A stretch of 64,000 nucleotides of DNA from the human T2T-CHM13v2.0 reference genome, Homo sapiens: NCBI RefSeq assembly GCF_009914755.1, contig NC_060933.1; one strand, given 5' to 3'. The first letter of the stretch is position 1. Each line of letters opens with the position of its first letter. Under the pieces are notes generated by a model. That model saw only the letters and a program-made list of their open reading frames with translations, was not told the origin of the DNA and ran no database searches. The translations under genes were made by a program, and so were the position numbers. Positions 13,567 to 28,309 of the stretch are shown in pieces.

Positions 13567-16180
13567 GAGACAGAGTGGTGATTTGAACCCAGAGACTAAA
13601 GCCTCAAACCCTATAACTAATCTGCTTCGCACTAATAAACAATGAAGAGCAATAATATACTTCACATGAATGCAGTACTTTTCATTTGATGATTGCAACA
13701 GCCCAGAGTGCTATTATTTATCCCCATTTATCAAATGAGGAAACTGAGGCTCCACAGGGAAAGTGATTCAAAGTCATCTAGCTAATAAACAGCGGCACCA
13801 GAACTTAGCCTTGGGTTTACTTACTTAAAGTCTAGATTTCCCCCGCCCAGAAATAGGGGCAGTGGTTGGTGACTTATTGTGACTGAGGCTAGGTCTCAAA
13901 GTTCCTAAGAATAAGAATTGGATGGGAGGTGGGGGGCAACTTTTGTGCAAGTTTCACATTAACTTCTGGCCCCAGATTCCTAGGGAGAGACCAGTCCATC
14001 AGCAGGGGCCTCTCCAGCTGTACAGCTGAATTGCCATTTCTGGGCTGTGGGAATTCTTTTTTGATTCATTAAAACCTACAGACCAATCTCAGACACACTT
14101 CCTTGGGCTATAACCAGCTGGAGGCAGGTGGAGCCACCTTTGACTCTTAAGAGTAGGAAATCACTAGAAATGGTGGTGACTGCCTGAGAAGCCCTTCACG
14201 GCTTCCCTTTGGAGCAGATCCAGCTCCTGGCTCCTACAAACCTAGAGGGAGCCATGCCTTTCTTCTCACATTTCAGTTTGATCTCACATCTTCCTTAAGA
14301 GACACAGAGGCAGAAATCGTTAACTTCTCTTTTTCTTCACCAGAAGAAGCTCCTTAAAATAGATTTATGCAAATCCCACAACCTTTTCTGTATTAACATG
14401 TAAAAAACAGAGGAAGAAAGAAGATCCCAGGTCACTTGGTACTTTAAACAACAACCACCATATATAACCAAAGCTCACCATGTTGCTGGCAGAGCCCATG
14501 ACATTCGTTTTGGTGTTTTGTGATTGCGCTAGGCTCAAAAGACCCAGATTCCACTTTTGGCCCCACCACTTACTGGCAACATGACCTAGGGCTAGTTATT
14601 TCATCTCTGTAAGTTTCAGTTTCCTCACTCCTCGGTAAGTTTGTGAACTCTAAGGGGCTATATGTATGCGAGATGTAGTTTAATTTAAAAATTTCTGGGA
14701 CAGAACAAAACATGCTGCTGACCTACAGTAGAATTATTCTTCTAAACCAAATGAAAGAATATTAGCAGTTATACCCATTTGATTTTCAGTGCTATGTGAC
14801 CTGAAATAGTTGGTCAGCTACAAGTGAAATCTCAGCCACAAACATTCCCCCAGGAAGCCTTCCTTCACCCTCTTCACCCTAGCCCAGCAGAGCTGGTGGT
14901 TCCTTTCCTTCTGCCCCCACAGCACCCATCCCTTCTTCTTGAGCTTCATCTCTGTCTTGCAAACTTCTCTTCATTATATTCCCCCTTTACCTTGAGAATG
15001 GGGATTTTGTCTTCCCTTTCTTATAGGCTTGGCCTCTGATGCCAAGGTCTGCACCGCAGGGACTTAGCAGACACTTTCTGAAGGGATTACTAAATGAGGA
15101 ATTATTTCATGGCAGGGAGGAAATCTGTCTTACCTTTATCCAAAGAGCCAACCATGGAGGATCAGAGGCCTCAGTGAGCACCTGGTTAGTGCCCCTCCAC
15201 CCACAAATGAGGAAACTGAGGCTCAGGGAGGTGAGAGAACTTTTACATTTTACTGGGTGAGGTAATGACAGAGTTGGAACTGGAGGCCAGGACTCTGCCC
15301 ATTCCCCATCACCGTGTGAGTTCAAGTTCTCAGTTAAAGAAGGAATAACAAAAGTGTGGAAATGTTACACAATCTGAGGTGTGATTCTGCAGGATTGACT
15401 GTGGCAACCAGAAGTGTCAGAGACTTGCTAAATCATTGCCCACTTTCTTATATAGTACAATAACTTTTCCCCCAGCTAACCAGCGGTGTTTCCTGTATCC
15501 CAAGTGGAGAAATAATACACCTTAAATAGACACATGTCATTTCACAATCTTTGAAGGGAAGACAAAGGACATTTCTGAACTCTTGAGCACTAGGAAGTAT
15601 GACTCCCACTCTGTCGGGTCACAGCCACTCTCAGACGTCACCTGCGAGCACTGGAAACCCCACTGGCAGCCCTTGACAGTTCATAGAGTTCATGAGATCG
15701 AAGCAAGAGAGAGAGAGAAAGTAAGTTTGGGAACTTTTGCCACATCTTCACTCAAGACTGCAAGTGCACAAAGAATTGTAGAAGGGCTGGTTGATAGAAG
15801 AAAAAAACACATTCAAAACTACTTACTGACTAATGATGCAGAAAATGTTATGAATAAGTATCCCTTTCTTGATTTATTACTTTAATTATCTGACATTCTA
15901 TAGACCCCCATTAGTGGATTTTTTTTTTGGCTTAGATTTCAATTTTCTGTCTCATGGTGAAAGCTATTTATCATAATAATCAGTAAAATTCAAAACCTTT
16001 TAGCAGTATTTATAAAATTCATTTACCAGGTTCAGCCCTTGGAGAATGACAAAGAAGGCGCATTAGTACGTGTGCTGAAGTGTTTTATGCAGAATTATCT
16101 GTCCATAAGAATGATTAAAAGTTCTTTAGAATATTTGGAGCCCATTAGATTTTTAAATTTTTTTTAAAAGTTCCTCTTAC

Positions 16181-16245
16181 CTATGCTGTGACTGGAAGCT
16201 GGGACTGGTTGGTTGGGTGGCTGCTGTACTTTTGTCCGGATGATC
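16181..16245 (-). CDS. PAX5: PAX5 exon 4 ([21 protein letters not shown])
   Basis: Acceptor CACAG|GATC, donor TAG|GTAAGA; 65 nt; continues the frame from exon 3. Confidence 0.97.
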
Positions 16246-17462
16246 CTGTGGGCAGTTGAAAAACAAAATTGCTATTTACCATCAGGAAGGAGAAGAGACC
16301 TCAACCAGCTATGCACAGACAACCAGAAAACTCATACCCAAGCTGGGCCATGGTTCGAGCTGAGGCAGAGGGGCAGAGGTGGAGGGAGATTATAAACCCA
16401 GGCTGGAATCAGGAGGGTGGAAGGTTTATGGACTAGTCCCAACTTTGCTTCTGTTTCCCTGTGTAATTTGTTTCCTTGTGTAATTTGCACCCCCTCTCTG
16501 GGCTTCAAGTGCCTCTTCTGAAGAAAGAGGATGATGTGTTAACATTACGAGTAAGCATCCCTTTCTCGAGTATAGCTCTAGCTCCATAAGAGACTCATTG
16601 AGTGACTTTAGGGAGTCCTTCCCTTTCCTAGACCTCAGCCTCCTATATGTGGAATGAAGGAACTGAACTTGGTAATCTCTCTGTCCTCTGGCAGCGCTCA
16701 CGTGCTGGTTTCTCTGCCCTAGAGAACGCATAAGGAGGGATAACACCCCTTCCCCTAGGAAGTTGCCAAGGGAGGGGATGTATATGTTGTTCTGATACTA
16801 GGGAGAGTCAAAGTGCAGCCAGGAGACATCCGGTTTGGCTTTCTTAAGAGGAAGCCTACCTTGCACCAAACCTCACAGAAAGGATCCACAGGGCTGGAGC
16901 CAGTGATATCCTGGCCTGTCTTTTCAGAGACCTTGCTCACACTCTAATAGAAATTCCACTGTGACCTTGACCAAGTACATTCCATTGTGGACCTCCGATA
17001 CAATGACGGAGTTGGAACAGACCACTCTGCTTATTTTAAGTAACCAAATCATTTTCGGAAAAGAAAAAAGATCTTATGGAAAAACCCCGTACATAAAAGA
17101 GATAATAGCAGTACTGCCTTCCCTTGGCCATCTGACCGCTCTAACATCCTTCTGCAGAACCTTAGGCTCTGAAGAGTTTGTAGACTTCCAGCAAGGACCA
17201 CGCATGCGCAAGACAGCAAGTCCGGCGCATCTGAGAGCAGCAGAACAGGGCCACGCGAAAAGCTCCTTCGGATCTACCAGAAAGCTCCTTCCTTGGCATT
17301 TGGGAGAAGAGTGGGTCATAATAAAATGTCCGGTTTCTTTGGAAAAGTTATATTCCAGTCTCAAACTATTACCTTTTGAAAGGACATTTATTAGAGTTTT
17401 TTCTCATTATAACAGTAATATACGTTCATTGTAGACTCTTTGGACAGTATGGGAAAGTATAA

Positions 17463-18061
<599 letters not shown>

Positions 18062-19248
18062 TCCATGTATACAGTTTTGCAGCCTGCTCTTTTCATGCAA
18101 CATTCTGTGAGAAGCTTCTTCACATTCCAGACCATTAATATCTGAAAGTTTATTCTGAGGCTGCACTGGGTCTCCAGCTTATACAAATGAAGAATGACAG
18201 AAGTAGCAGGTGGGTGCCTCCCCTTAAACTCAATGGGCAGTAGCCTCTCTGCCCTTTCTGATCTTACAGCTTGGTGCTCGGCACCAAGGGCAGTCCGTGT
18301 CCTCAGCTGATAGCCTGAAATGGTCTTTTCTGTTCACCCTATAGTCTCACCACACACACACAGGCCATCTGGAGCCTGGCTACTTGAGCTCAGCAAGGAG
18401 CCTCTTGCCCTTTTCTAATCAGTCAGCTTAAGTGTTCCCTCAAATACATTCAGATTGTTTGTTTGTTTTCCCTAATATTCAAACCACTTATTTTAACTAA
18501 GCAAACTCGAAGCATATTGGACAACCAGAAAACTCATGGCATTTGGGAGAAGAGTGGGTCATAATAAAATGTCCAGTTCTGGGAGTGAGGTTCTCTTTTT
18601 GGTCACCTGGAAGTAAGCTGGCATCTGACCTAATGTTTATATTTTTGTGTATGTCACTTTCTCTGTGTGTATGTGTCTACAGAGATATTGCTGGTTATGT
18701 CAATATATGGATATACCAGACATAAATATAGTTACAAATAAATATATGGCAAAAAAGTCACTGTAGTTCAGCTTAAAATCCTTACTTTTCAAATCATTGT
18801 CTGACTATTAAATTTGTATGTAAAAAAGCAAAGAAAATTATGTTTTCCTCATTTTCTTTTAAAATAGTTATAAATATCACTGGGAAAGCATTATCAATTG
18901 TTATAAATCATTAAGAGGCTGCAGTAGCACAGTGTACAGGCTCTGGAACTAGACCACTAGAGTTTGAATCCCATCCCTCTTACAATTTACCAGCTACATG
19001 ACCTTGGGTAAATTACTTAACCTCTCTATGCCTCAGTCTCTTCATCTGCAAATGGGACTAAGAATCATTTCTATCTCATAGGATTACTATTAGGATCAAA
19101 TTAATGAATTACTTAAAACAGTGGTAGCTACATACTAGGTGCTCCTTAAATGTAAGATGTTATTTTCAGTGGTGTCTTTGTAAAGATTAATGACTAGCTT
19201 CCGTCTTAAAATATTCATATTTTTCACATTTGCTTTAAAAAGCACAAG

Positions 19249-19560
19249 GCGAGGGCGGTGGGGTAGTAAAGATGCTCAATGGGTGCAAAAAAATAGAAAG
19301 AATGAATAAGACCTAGTATTTGATAGCACAATGAGGATACTATAGTTAGTAATAATTTAACTGTACATTTAAAAATAACTAAAAGAGTGTAATTGGGTTG
19401 TTTGTAACACAAAGAATAAATGTTTGAGGGGATGCATACCCCATTTTTCATGGTGGGTTATTACTCATTGCATACCTGTACCAAAATATCTCATGTACTC
19501 ATAAATATATATATATGCCTACTATGCACCCATAAAAATTAAAAATAATAATAATAATAA
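19249..19560 (+). mobile_element. L1MA-type 3' end fragment
   Basis: AGAAAGAATGAATAAGACCTAGTATTTGATAGCACAA...AAAATATCTCATGTAC...(ATA)n tail; TSD AAAGCACAAG. Confidence 0.8.
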
Positions 19561-20586
19561 AGCACAAGTGGCCCCCTTGGAAGCTGGGGAGGGGAAGGTA
19601 GCCACTCTCACACTGTTTTAAGAATGCATCAGGGTTGTCCTTTATAAAGGGGGATCTCAGAGTTATAGGCAAGCCTCTGAAGCTGCCCCCAGGGGTGAGA
19701 GATTTTGCTCATCTGCCTTTAGCAGTCACCAAGTAAAAACAAAGAGCATCAGCTTACACTGAGAAGAAACTGTAGTGGGAAGAACAAGACTGTAATTGAA
19801 TCATAACAACTCTAAACAAATTTTAAATTTTAAATATGACAGGCTGTCAAGACTCATCCAATAAGAACACACTCAGGACCTTTTCTAAGCCAGGGACAGT
19901 TGGGCTGAGTTGGCAGTCACACCAAATTGCCCGTCCCTTACCTGCTGAGCGTGAGCAGGACCCTGGCTGCCGTACTGCAGAGCACACTAGACGTTCCAAC
20001 AGAGAAAGGAGCTCAGCATCAAACTCTTCCTATGAATAAGGAAACTAAAACCCAAGATGCTCAAATGACTTGCCCAGAATTGCACAGCGAGTCAGCCCAG
20101 ACTCCCAGCCCCCATGCCCCAGCACTTTACTTTAAGCCACATTCAAAGGAAGCGCGGTCCCTCTGCTAAATACTTCCTATGTGAGGCATAAAAGCTATTT
20201 GGATTTCAAACCCACTTAGAATTTGAGGTTTAAAACTCTGAGGGACTTTGTGGCATTTAAGGATCCCATGGAAACATCACTCCTCCTTCTTTGAAAGGCT
20301 AGGCTTCTCACCATCATCCCACGCCCCCCGCCCCACCACCAGTCCTCACAAAATTACAGTGAAAGAGAAAATCATGTTGCCTTGAAAAAGGAAACAGGAA
20401 GATAAGGCTGAAGAAACACCCACATCTATGGCACTGATCAAACTGCCATCAGTGCAGTAAGAAGCTTGGGCCATCAGCTATGCCGAGAATTCAAAACCCA
20501 GGGGTCCAACTGTGCCAAGCTGCAAGGGGCCCCACAGGTGGCACCCAGGCCTGTGACTGTTGTGGAGAAGAAAGAGGACACAGATA

Positions 20587-21005
<419 letters not shown>

Positions 21006-22674
21006 CTAATATTTTTAAGTTGGGAGATTTTTCATAAATATCTGAATTCTAGCTTCTCTTGAAAAATCAGAACACCCAACAATACTGGCCTCACATTCTC
21101 ACATGACCCAACCAGTTGGTACTAAATAGAGCTGCCCCTCTAAGCTGGGAGTGCCACTTGTACTCCCGACCCCTTGGCCACGGTGCTAGAATAGAAGAAG
21201 GAAGACCCCATTCAACCCACCGTTTGGGTCAGCTTTGGGATGGCCACCTCCAATGGACACTCAGACTGGATCCAGCGATCCCTGCAGGTTGTGCAGCCTC
21301 CCAGCACGTTTGTCCATAAGAAGTCAAATGAACAAGGTGATCTGTGTCCCAGGAAATCCCCCACAAGCCTAACAGAACTAGTTCAGTGATGCTTAACCCC
21401 TTGTCAGTCATGGTTTCCTAGGCTGGTCCCCTGGAAGGTAACAGGAAGTCACATACTCCTAGGGGTGAACCGTGGAGATGCCCCTGTGGCTATAAGAATA
21501 GCCACAAATCCAGCCATCACTCCCTCCCCAGCTGTTTGAAATCAGAAAGGGTGAAAAGTTGCCTCCAAGGGAGGCAAGGGCTGGGAGAGATGTGGACCCT
21601 CTTACACAGTGTCATTTGCAAGGCAGGCATTTAGAAGCTGCATTCATCTGAATGCAGTGGGAGCTTTGCCTTCATCTGAAAAATAAAACTGTATGCTGGG
21701 ATGGCTCTGGCTTTGGGGGTTTAGGGGTGAGGAAGGCAGCCGCATGAGATTGTCCTACACTTAGTGAGCTGTCACTGAAGAGAGCAGGAAGGAGCCAGAG
21801 AATACTCCCAAAAAGGAGCCCCCAGTGAAGAGCACTGGAGAAGGCTAAGGATGAGAGAGGGCAGGCAGCCAGGCAGCAGAACGGGCAGCCCGCGAGGATC
21901 TGAAATGCAGAAGAAAATACTTGTCCTCCCTCTTGTCTCTCATCTCACAGATCCTCAGTTCTGTCACTCGCGGAGTCCTACAGGGCAGTGGTGGAAAGAA
22001 ACTAGCCCTCCTTTTACCATTGGGAAACCTGGGTTCTACCCCCATGTCTATCTCCAAGTCACTGTTCCTCTGCACTCTCCATCTTGGCCTCTGTTGCTAC
22101 AACTGCCACAGGATAGAGTCAAGCCTTAAGGACTATAGGAGACCACAGACATGAAAGCACCTTAGAGGCATGGCCTGCCTGGCCATGGCTTTGGACTGGA
22201 CACTCAGGACGCCCCTGAGGCTAGCCATGGCCCTACAGACAGCAGTTAGAAATTCCCCACAGCACAGGTCCAGGCAGAAAACATCAGCGGGCCCGTGATC
22301 TCTCTTGACCACACATCCCATGCCCCTTCACAGTCTTTGCCACATCTGTAACCACTGCTCTATTTGCCTCATACATTTCTTTCACATCACTTCAATTTTG
22401 ACTTAAATAAATTTATTTTATAAGGCAATTGTAGTTCCCTACTGTAAGTGGGTAGGTGGGAGTGTTGAGGGGGAGTTCACAAACTCACTGGTTTGGTGTG
22501 TTACTTACGTTTTTCTAACATACATTAAAATAAATGTATTAGAAAACAATGTGCATCCTTGCATCTTTGCATTATAGAGGATGTAAACCGATGCTCTGTA
22601 AATAAGTTATGCTCATCCTGCAAGGCATTTTTAATTGAAATTAGTTGCCTCTGTTAAAAAAATATATAGATTAA

Positions 22675-22810
<136 letters not shown>

Positions 22811-24701
22811 TTAAATATAGAGATTTCACATACAGAAATATCCATGCATACATCTACACAAGCCCCAGCTTCTGCCTTCTCTTGAAGAATGCAAAAAATC
22901 TGGCAAACACCAGACCCATGGTCCTGGCAGCATTCGGCTGGAGCTAAGAAGCACTGCCCCTTTAATCGGACTTGTGCTGCCTAGCTTGCCAGGGACCCAA
23001 CCTCTCCCCATCGTCTTTTGCCTGGCCTGCTTCCCTCATTACCTTATCTGCCTGGCCCCATGTAAGGCATTAGATTTTGTGACCCCCATGGACTACCTAA
23101 GGTTATCTTGTGAACCCCCAATTATATGTGTACTCTACGTTGGGAAACCTGTGGGTCCCCAAAGCCTGACCAGGGGTTTGGCTGATGTTCCTCTGCAGAG
23201 CAGGCCAGCTGCCTGTCATGTTGTTTTGTGTCGTGGAAATCCTGCAAAGAGCCAGAAGTAAGGGGCTCATAAAACACAATGGAGCCTCTTATAATCCATA
23301 AAAAGAACAGGAGTTATCCCCTCCTCCCCAAAACCTACCATCATCATTGCTATCCCCTCAGCAATTTTGTCCAGGTGCATCAGGCTTCTAAGTGCATGTC
23401 AGAACCCCACCCTGGACAAAGAGCCCCTCTGGAACAGACCAAGAAACTGTGTGCCTGATTCTCCTCTATCTCCCCTGTACCATGCATGATGTCAGGGCCT
23501 CTGTCAAGGTTTGCCAAGAGAAGAAAAACAGGCTAACAATTTACAAAATAGCAGGACTCAAAATGTGAACACATGCACTCCCACAGCGATCTGTGCATTT
23601 GAATCATCACAGAAGGATCCACTATCAGGACAAGAGGCTCTCATTCTAGTCTGACCGACCACCTCATTCTGCCAGGAGTGAGGGTCTCCTACGCCCACAC
23701 AAGCTCTGCACTGATGATGGTAGGGTGTGATTTGGAGAAATGGAAACTGTCCAAGTTTTCAGGCTGCTCCCTTCTCTTTTCTCTGCAGAGTTTAGAGAAC
23801 CATCATTTCTGTTCATCTCTGAACTTCATCCCTGACTCTTTGGGTTTAAATGGAGTTGAAATTTCATCATCTACAACAGAAAACTTTCTTCCATACATTT
23901 ATTTTTAAAGCTCTGAGAGCGCCCTTCCATGTGTCTTGGATCAGACTGGAAAGGAAAGGGAGCTGTGTGGCTGCCAGGAAGATCCTGTGCATGACTCCCA
24001 GGGTGTTTCTCTGGTTCTTTCTCTCCCTGTGTGAGATTCCATGTATGAGTTGGGGAGAGGGCAACTCCTTTGCTCCAGAGCATCTTAGCCTCCTGGACAA
24101 CACCTCTGGAGTTGAAGATGCACATCAGAACCACTGGGGTTCTGGGCTCTCAGAGAGAGGAAGAGCTTTGTCAAGGTCCCACTTTGAGCTTGTGGCAGAG
24201 CTGGAACAAGGAGCCAAGTCTCCCAACTCCAAGTCAGGTTTATGTTCCTCTCACTCACTGGCTCAAGCTCTGCCCAAACTGGAGGAAGGATTTTCTTCCT
24301 GGGAATCTTTGAGATGGGCCAGTGCTAAGACCTTGAGCCTAGGTTTGCAGAGACAGCGACATTTGTGAAGATCTAGTCAGGACAATTCACTGTGAAGTGT
24401 TCCACACATATAGGTGGGTGGTGAAGGGAGGGATGGAAATAACTCTGGGCTCAGAAGAAACTCGAGCGGCCAGGGTGTTGGCATGCTCCCCTCTCCCTGG
24501 GCCTAGGACTCCTACCTGCTTTGGAAAGAAGAGAAGGGTAACAGAGACCGAGCAGGCCCCATTAGCATCCCTCCTGTTCAGTAACCCCTAAGGGGCCTTG
24601 GTGAAAAAAGAGACCAGATCTTCAGGAAAGGCACATGCAGAGCCTCCAGGATGCCCTGCCATCCCTCCAAATCCCCAACCCCCACAGGCACGAGCCCCTC
24701 A

Positions 24702-24923
<222 letters not shown>

Positions 24924-24997
24924 TTAGCCATGAGGAACCAGTAAAGTGGATATTGGCAACAAAATAACGGGCTACTCTGGCCAGGAAACGTCCGGAT

Positions 24998-25661
<664 letters not shown>

Positions 25662-28276
25662 TAGTTTACAGAAAACTTTCGAGTCAGTTTTCCCATTTTA
25701 TCTCCAACAGTTCTAAAGCACATAAATTGCTTTGAATTAATGAATGAGTGAATGAACAAATAAATGAATAGGTCCTGATCTACAGGTATAAAGCAGAGAT
25801 TCATCAAGGTTAAACAGTTTTCCTAGGGTCACACAAGACCAAATGGGCAAGCTAGGGCTGTTGCCCACCCAGCCTCTTGAACTACAATTTCCCCAATAAG
25901 GTAGCTTACACTTTTGATTTGCCAGCTCTCCCAAGCCCTAGCACAATCTCCAGCATTGTATGAAACTGTCCCCTGAAATGCAACTTATTTTTCTGTAAGA
26001 GAAAAATAATAATCCTGGTGTAAAATTAAAAGGAATGTTGAATTGCAGAATTATCTGAAAATATCTGTTGTAAGTCAAAACTCAAGCAATCGGAAAAACC
26101 AACCACAAGTCACGGCAACTCTTCCAGGGACCTCCCCTGAGGTAAATGGCTGTTTCTAAGGACATTTCCATGCTATCAGCATTTGCTCATTAAGGAAAAT
26201 AGGATGTCAGGGTTTTACAGTAAAACCAAGACCAAGAAGAAGAGTGTCATGAAACATTATTTCAGGGGGGGAAAATTGACATAATTTCTTTTCTGAATCT
26301 GAGACATCACCAGACGTCTCTCTCAATATTTACAGAAGAATTCTTGATTTCCTTTTCCAAGGAAATTATCTTGCAGCTGAATCTGTTTTAAAAAACCAAA
26401 AAGACATTTTTTAAATGACTAATAATTTTTAAACCTAACAAGAGTTGATGATAGGTAAGGGAACGAGGTGATTCTGAGATGGGTAGAAAATGTTACCCAA
26501 GATGACTGGTCACATTTACAGAGATGCTGAAATTCTCAGCCTGGGTATGTTTGGGTAAGGCCAAGTTAGTGAATATCCTGAAAGAGATGAAATACTTTGG
26601 AAGCAGTGATGTGAAAGTGAAATGTCTGTTTTTCATTGAAAAGAGTGAGTCATTTACAAATTTTGACCATAAGGTAAAAACTCAACCTATCTTCCCTCTT
26701 TCTAAAAAATTGCTTTCAGCAATTTTTCTGTAATTGCCAAAAAATTATTACTCACAAACAACTTTTTAACAATATCCCAAAAAAACCAGATGGCTAGAAA
26801 AGCACCCTAAGTCAAGGCACACAGCAATCTCTGCAGCCTCCAATTGTCCTGTCAATTTTATAATGTAAAGCCAATTTTTACTATAATACAACTCACTATA
26901 ATTCAGCCACAGCACCCTAAAGTTTACAGAGCTCTTCCTCGAATTATCTTGATCCTCACACTAACCCTGCAAGGCCACAGGGATTTATAGAAGGAAAAAT
27001 AAATGATTGGAAGACTAAGTGACTTGCCCAACTCCCTTCTGTAGTTAGGGACAGCCCCAGCTTTCAAACCTGACTCTAAATTCAGTGCTCTTCCCGCTAC
27101 AGCAAGCTGCTGCTTTGCTTATAAAATTTTAAATAATAATAAGAATAATGACCCCTTGCAATTGCAGAGAACTTTACTATTTACCAGGCCAGGCATTTTC
27201 ACATGCATTTTTCATTCATTCACTCACTCAATTGATAGTCACCGAGTGTCTGTTAGGACAGGCAGAATCTCAGGGAAGGGGTTACAGACATTTAGACAAC
27301 CCTGTCCTGGATACTCAAAATATGTTAGTTGAATGGGACTGCAACATTCACATAGCAACTCTGAGAGGGTGGCAGGCTGAAGGTCCCCCCCAGCCTGGCC
27401 CCCACTTACATAGCTGGCGGGCGGCAGCACGCAGGGCTACCTGCCCATCCCACCTGAGCAGTGCCAACTGTGGAAGACTGCGGCCTTGACATGAGAGGTC
27501 TCCGTCGTCCTTTTGACTGACACATGGGCCAGGCACTTAGAAGGCAACCCTGACACTCCGAAAACCCCAACTCGAAACTGTGTCAAATGAGGATTCAGAT
27601 TTAATAACTATCCTTTCATCTCAGCAAAACAGCCGTGCAGCCCCTTGGCTTACAGACAAAAGACCAACGGCAGCCACCAACACACAATGTCCTTCGGTGC
27701 AAAGAGCATTAGTTTAGTAATCAAGAGGTGTAGGTGGCTCTGATGCTAACTCTCTGTGTGATCTTGGCCAACTCACTTAGCCTCTCTAGGCCTCAATTTT
27801 CCCATTCATACAATAGGGGGAGAATGTCTTCCCTGCTTGTTTTGTGGGGCTGTTTTGAAGACAGAAATACAGACGGTTGAGAATAAGCTTTGCAAAACAT
27901 AAAATAAAGAGCACGTGCGGAGGATTAAAATCCCTAGTGTTTCTTCTTACTGTGTAACATACTACCCAATACCAATGACCTGAACCTCCCAACCAGGCTC
28001 CAGTGAAAAAAGACAGCAGCCAGGCCCTGGGTGGATTTAACTCAGCCTCAGATGCCACCAAGCTGTGCGTCTCTAGCCCCTCCGAAGCCTTGAGCTCTGT
28101 AGACTGAATGCCCACACTCCTGGCAGACCGCCCACCTTCCTGAGATGACAGGGGTCCCTGTGTGCCCCAGGGACTTTGCCTGCCTTGCCACACACTCTGG
28201 AAACCATAGCCACCACACATCGTACTCTCCCTACAATCTGTCACCTCTTGTGTGCCCATCAAATTCTTCAGTGACC

Positions 28277-28309
<33 letters not shown>

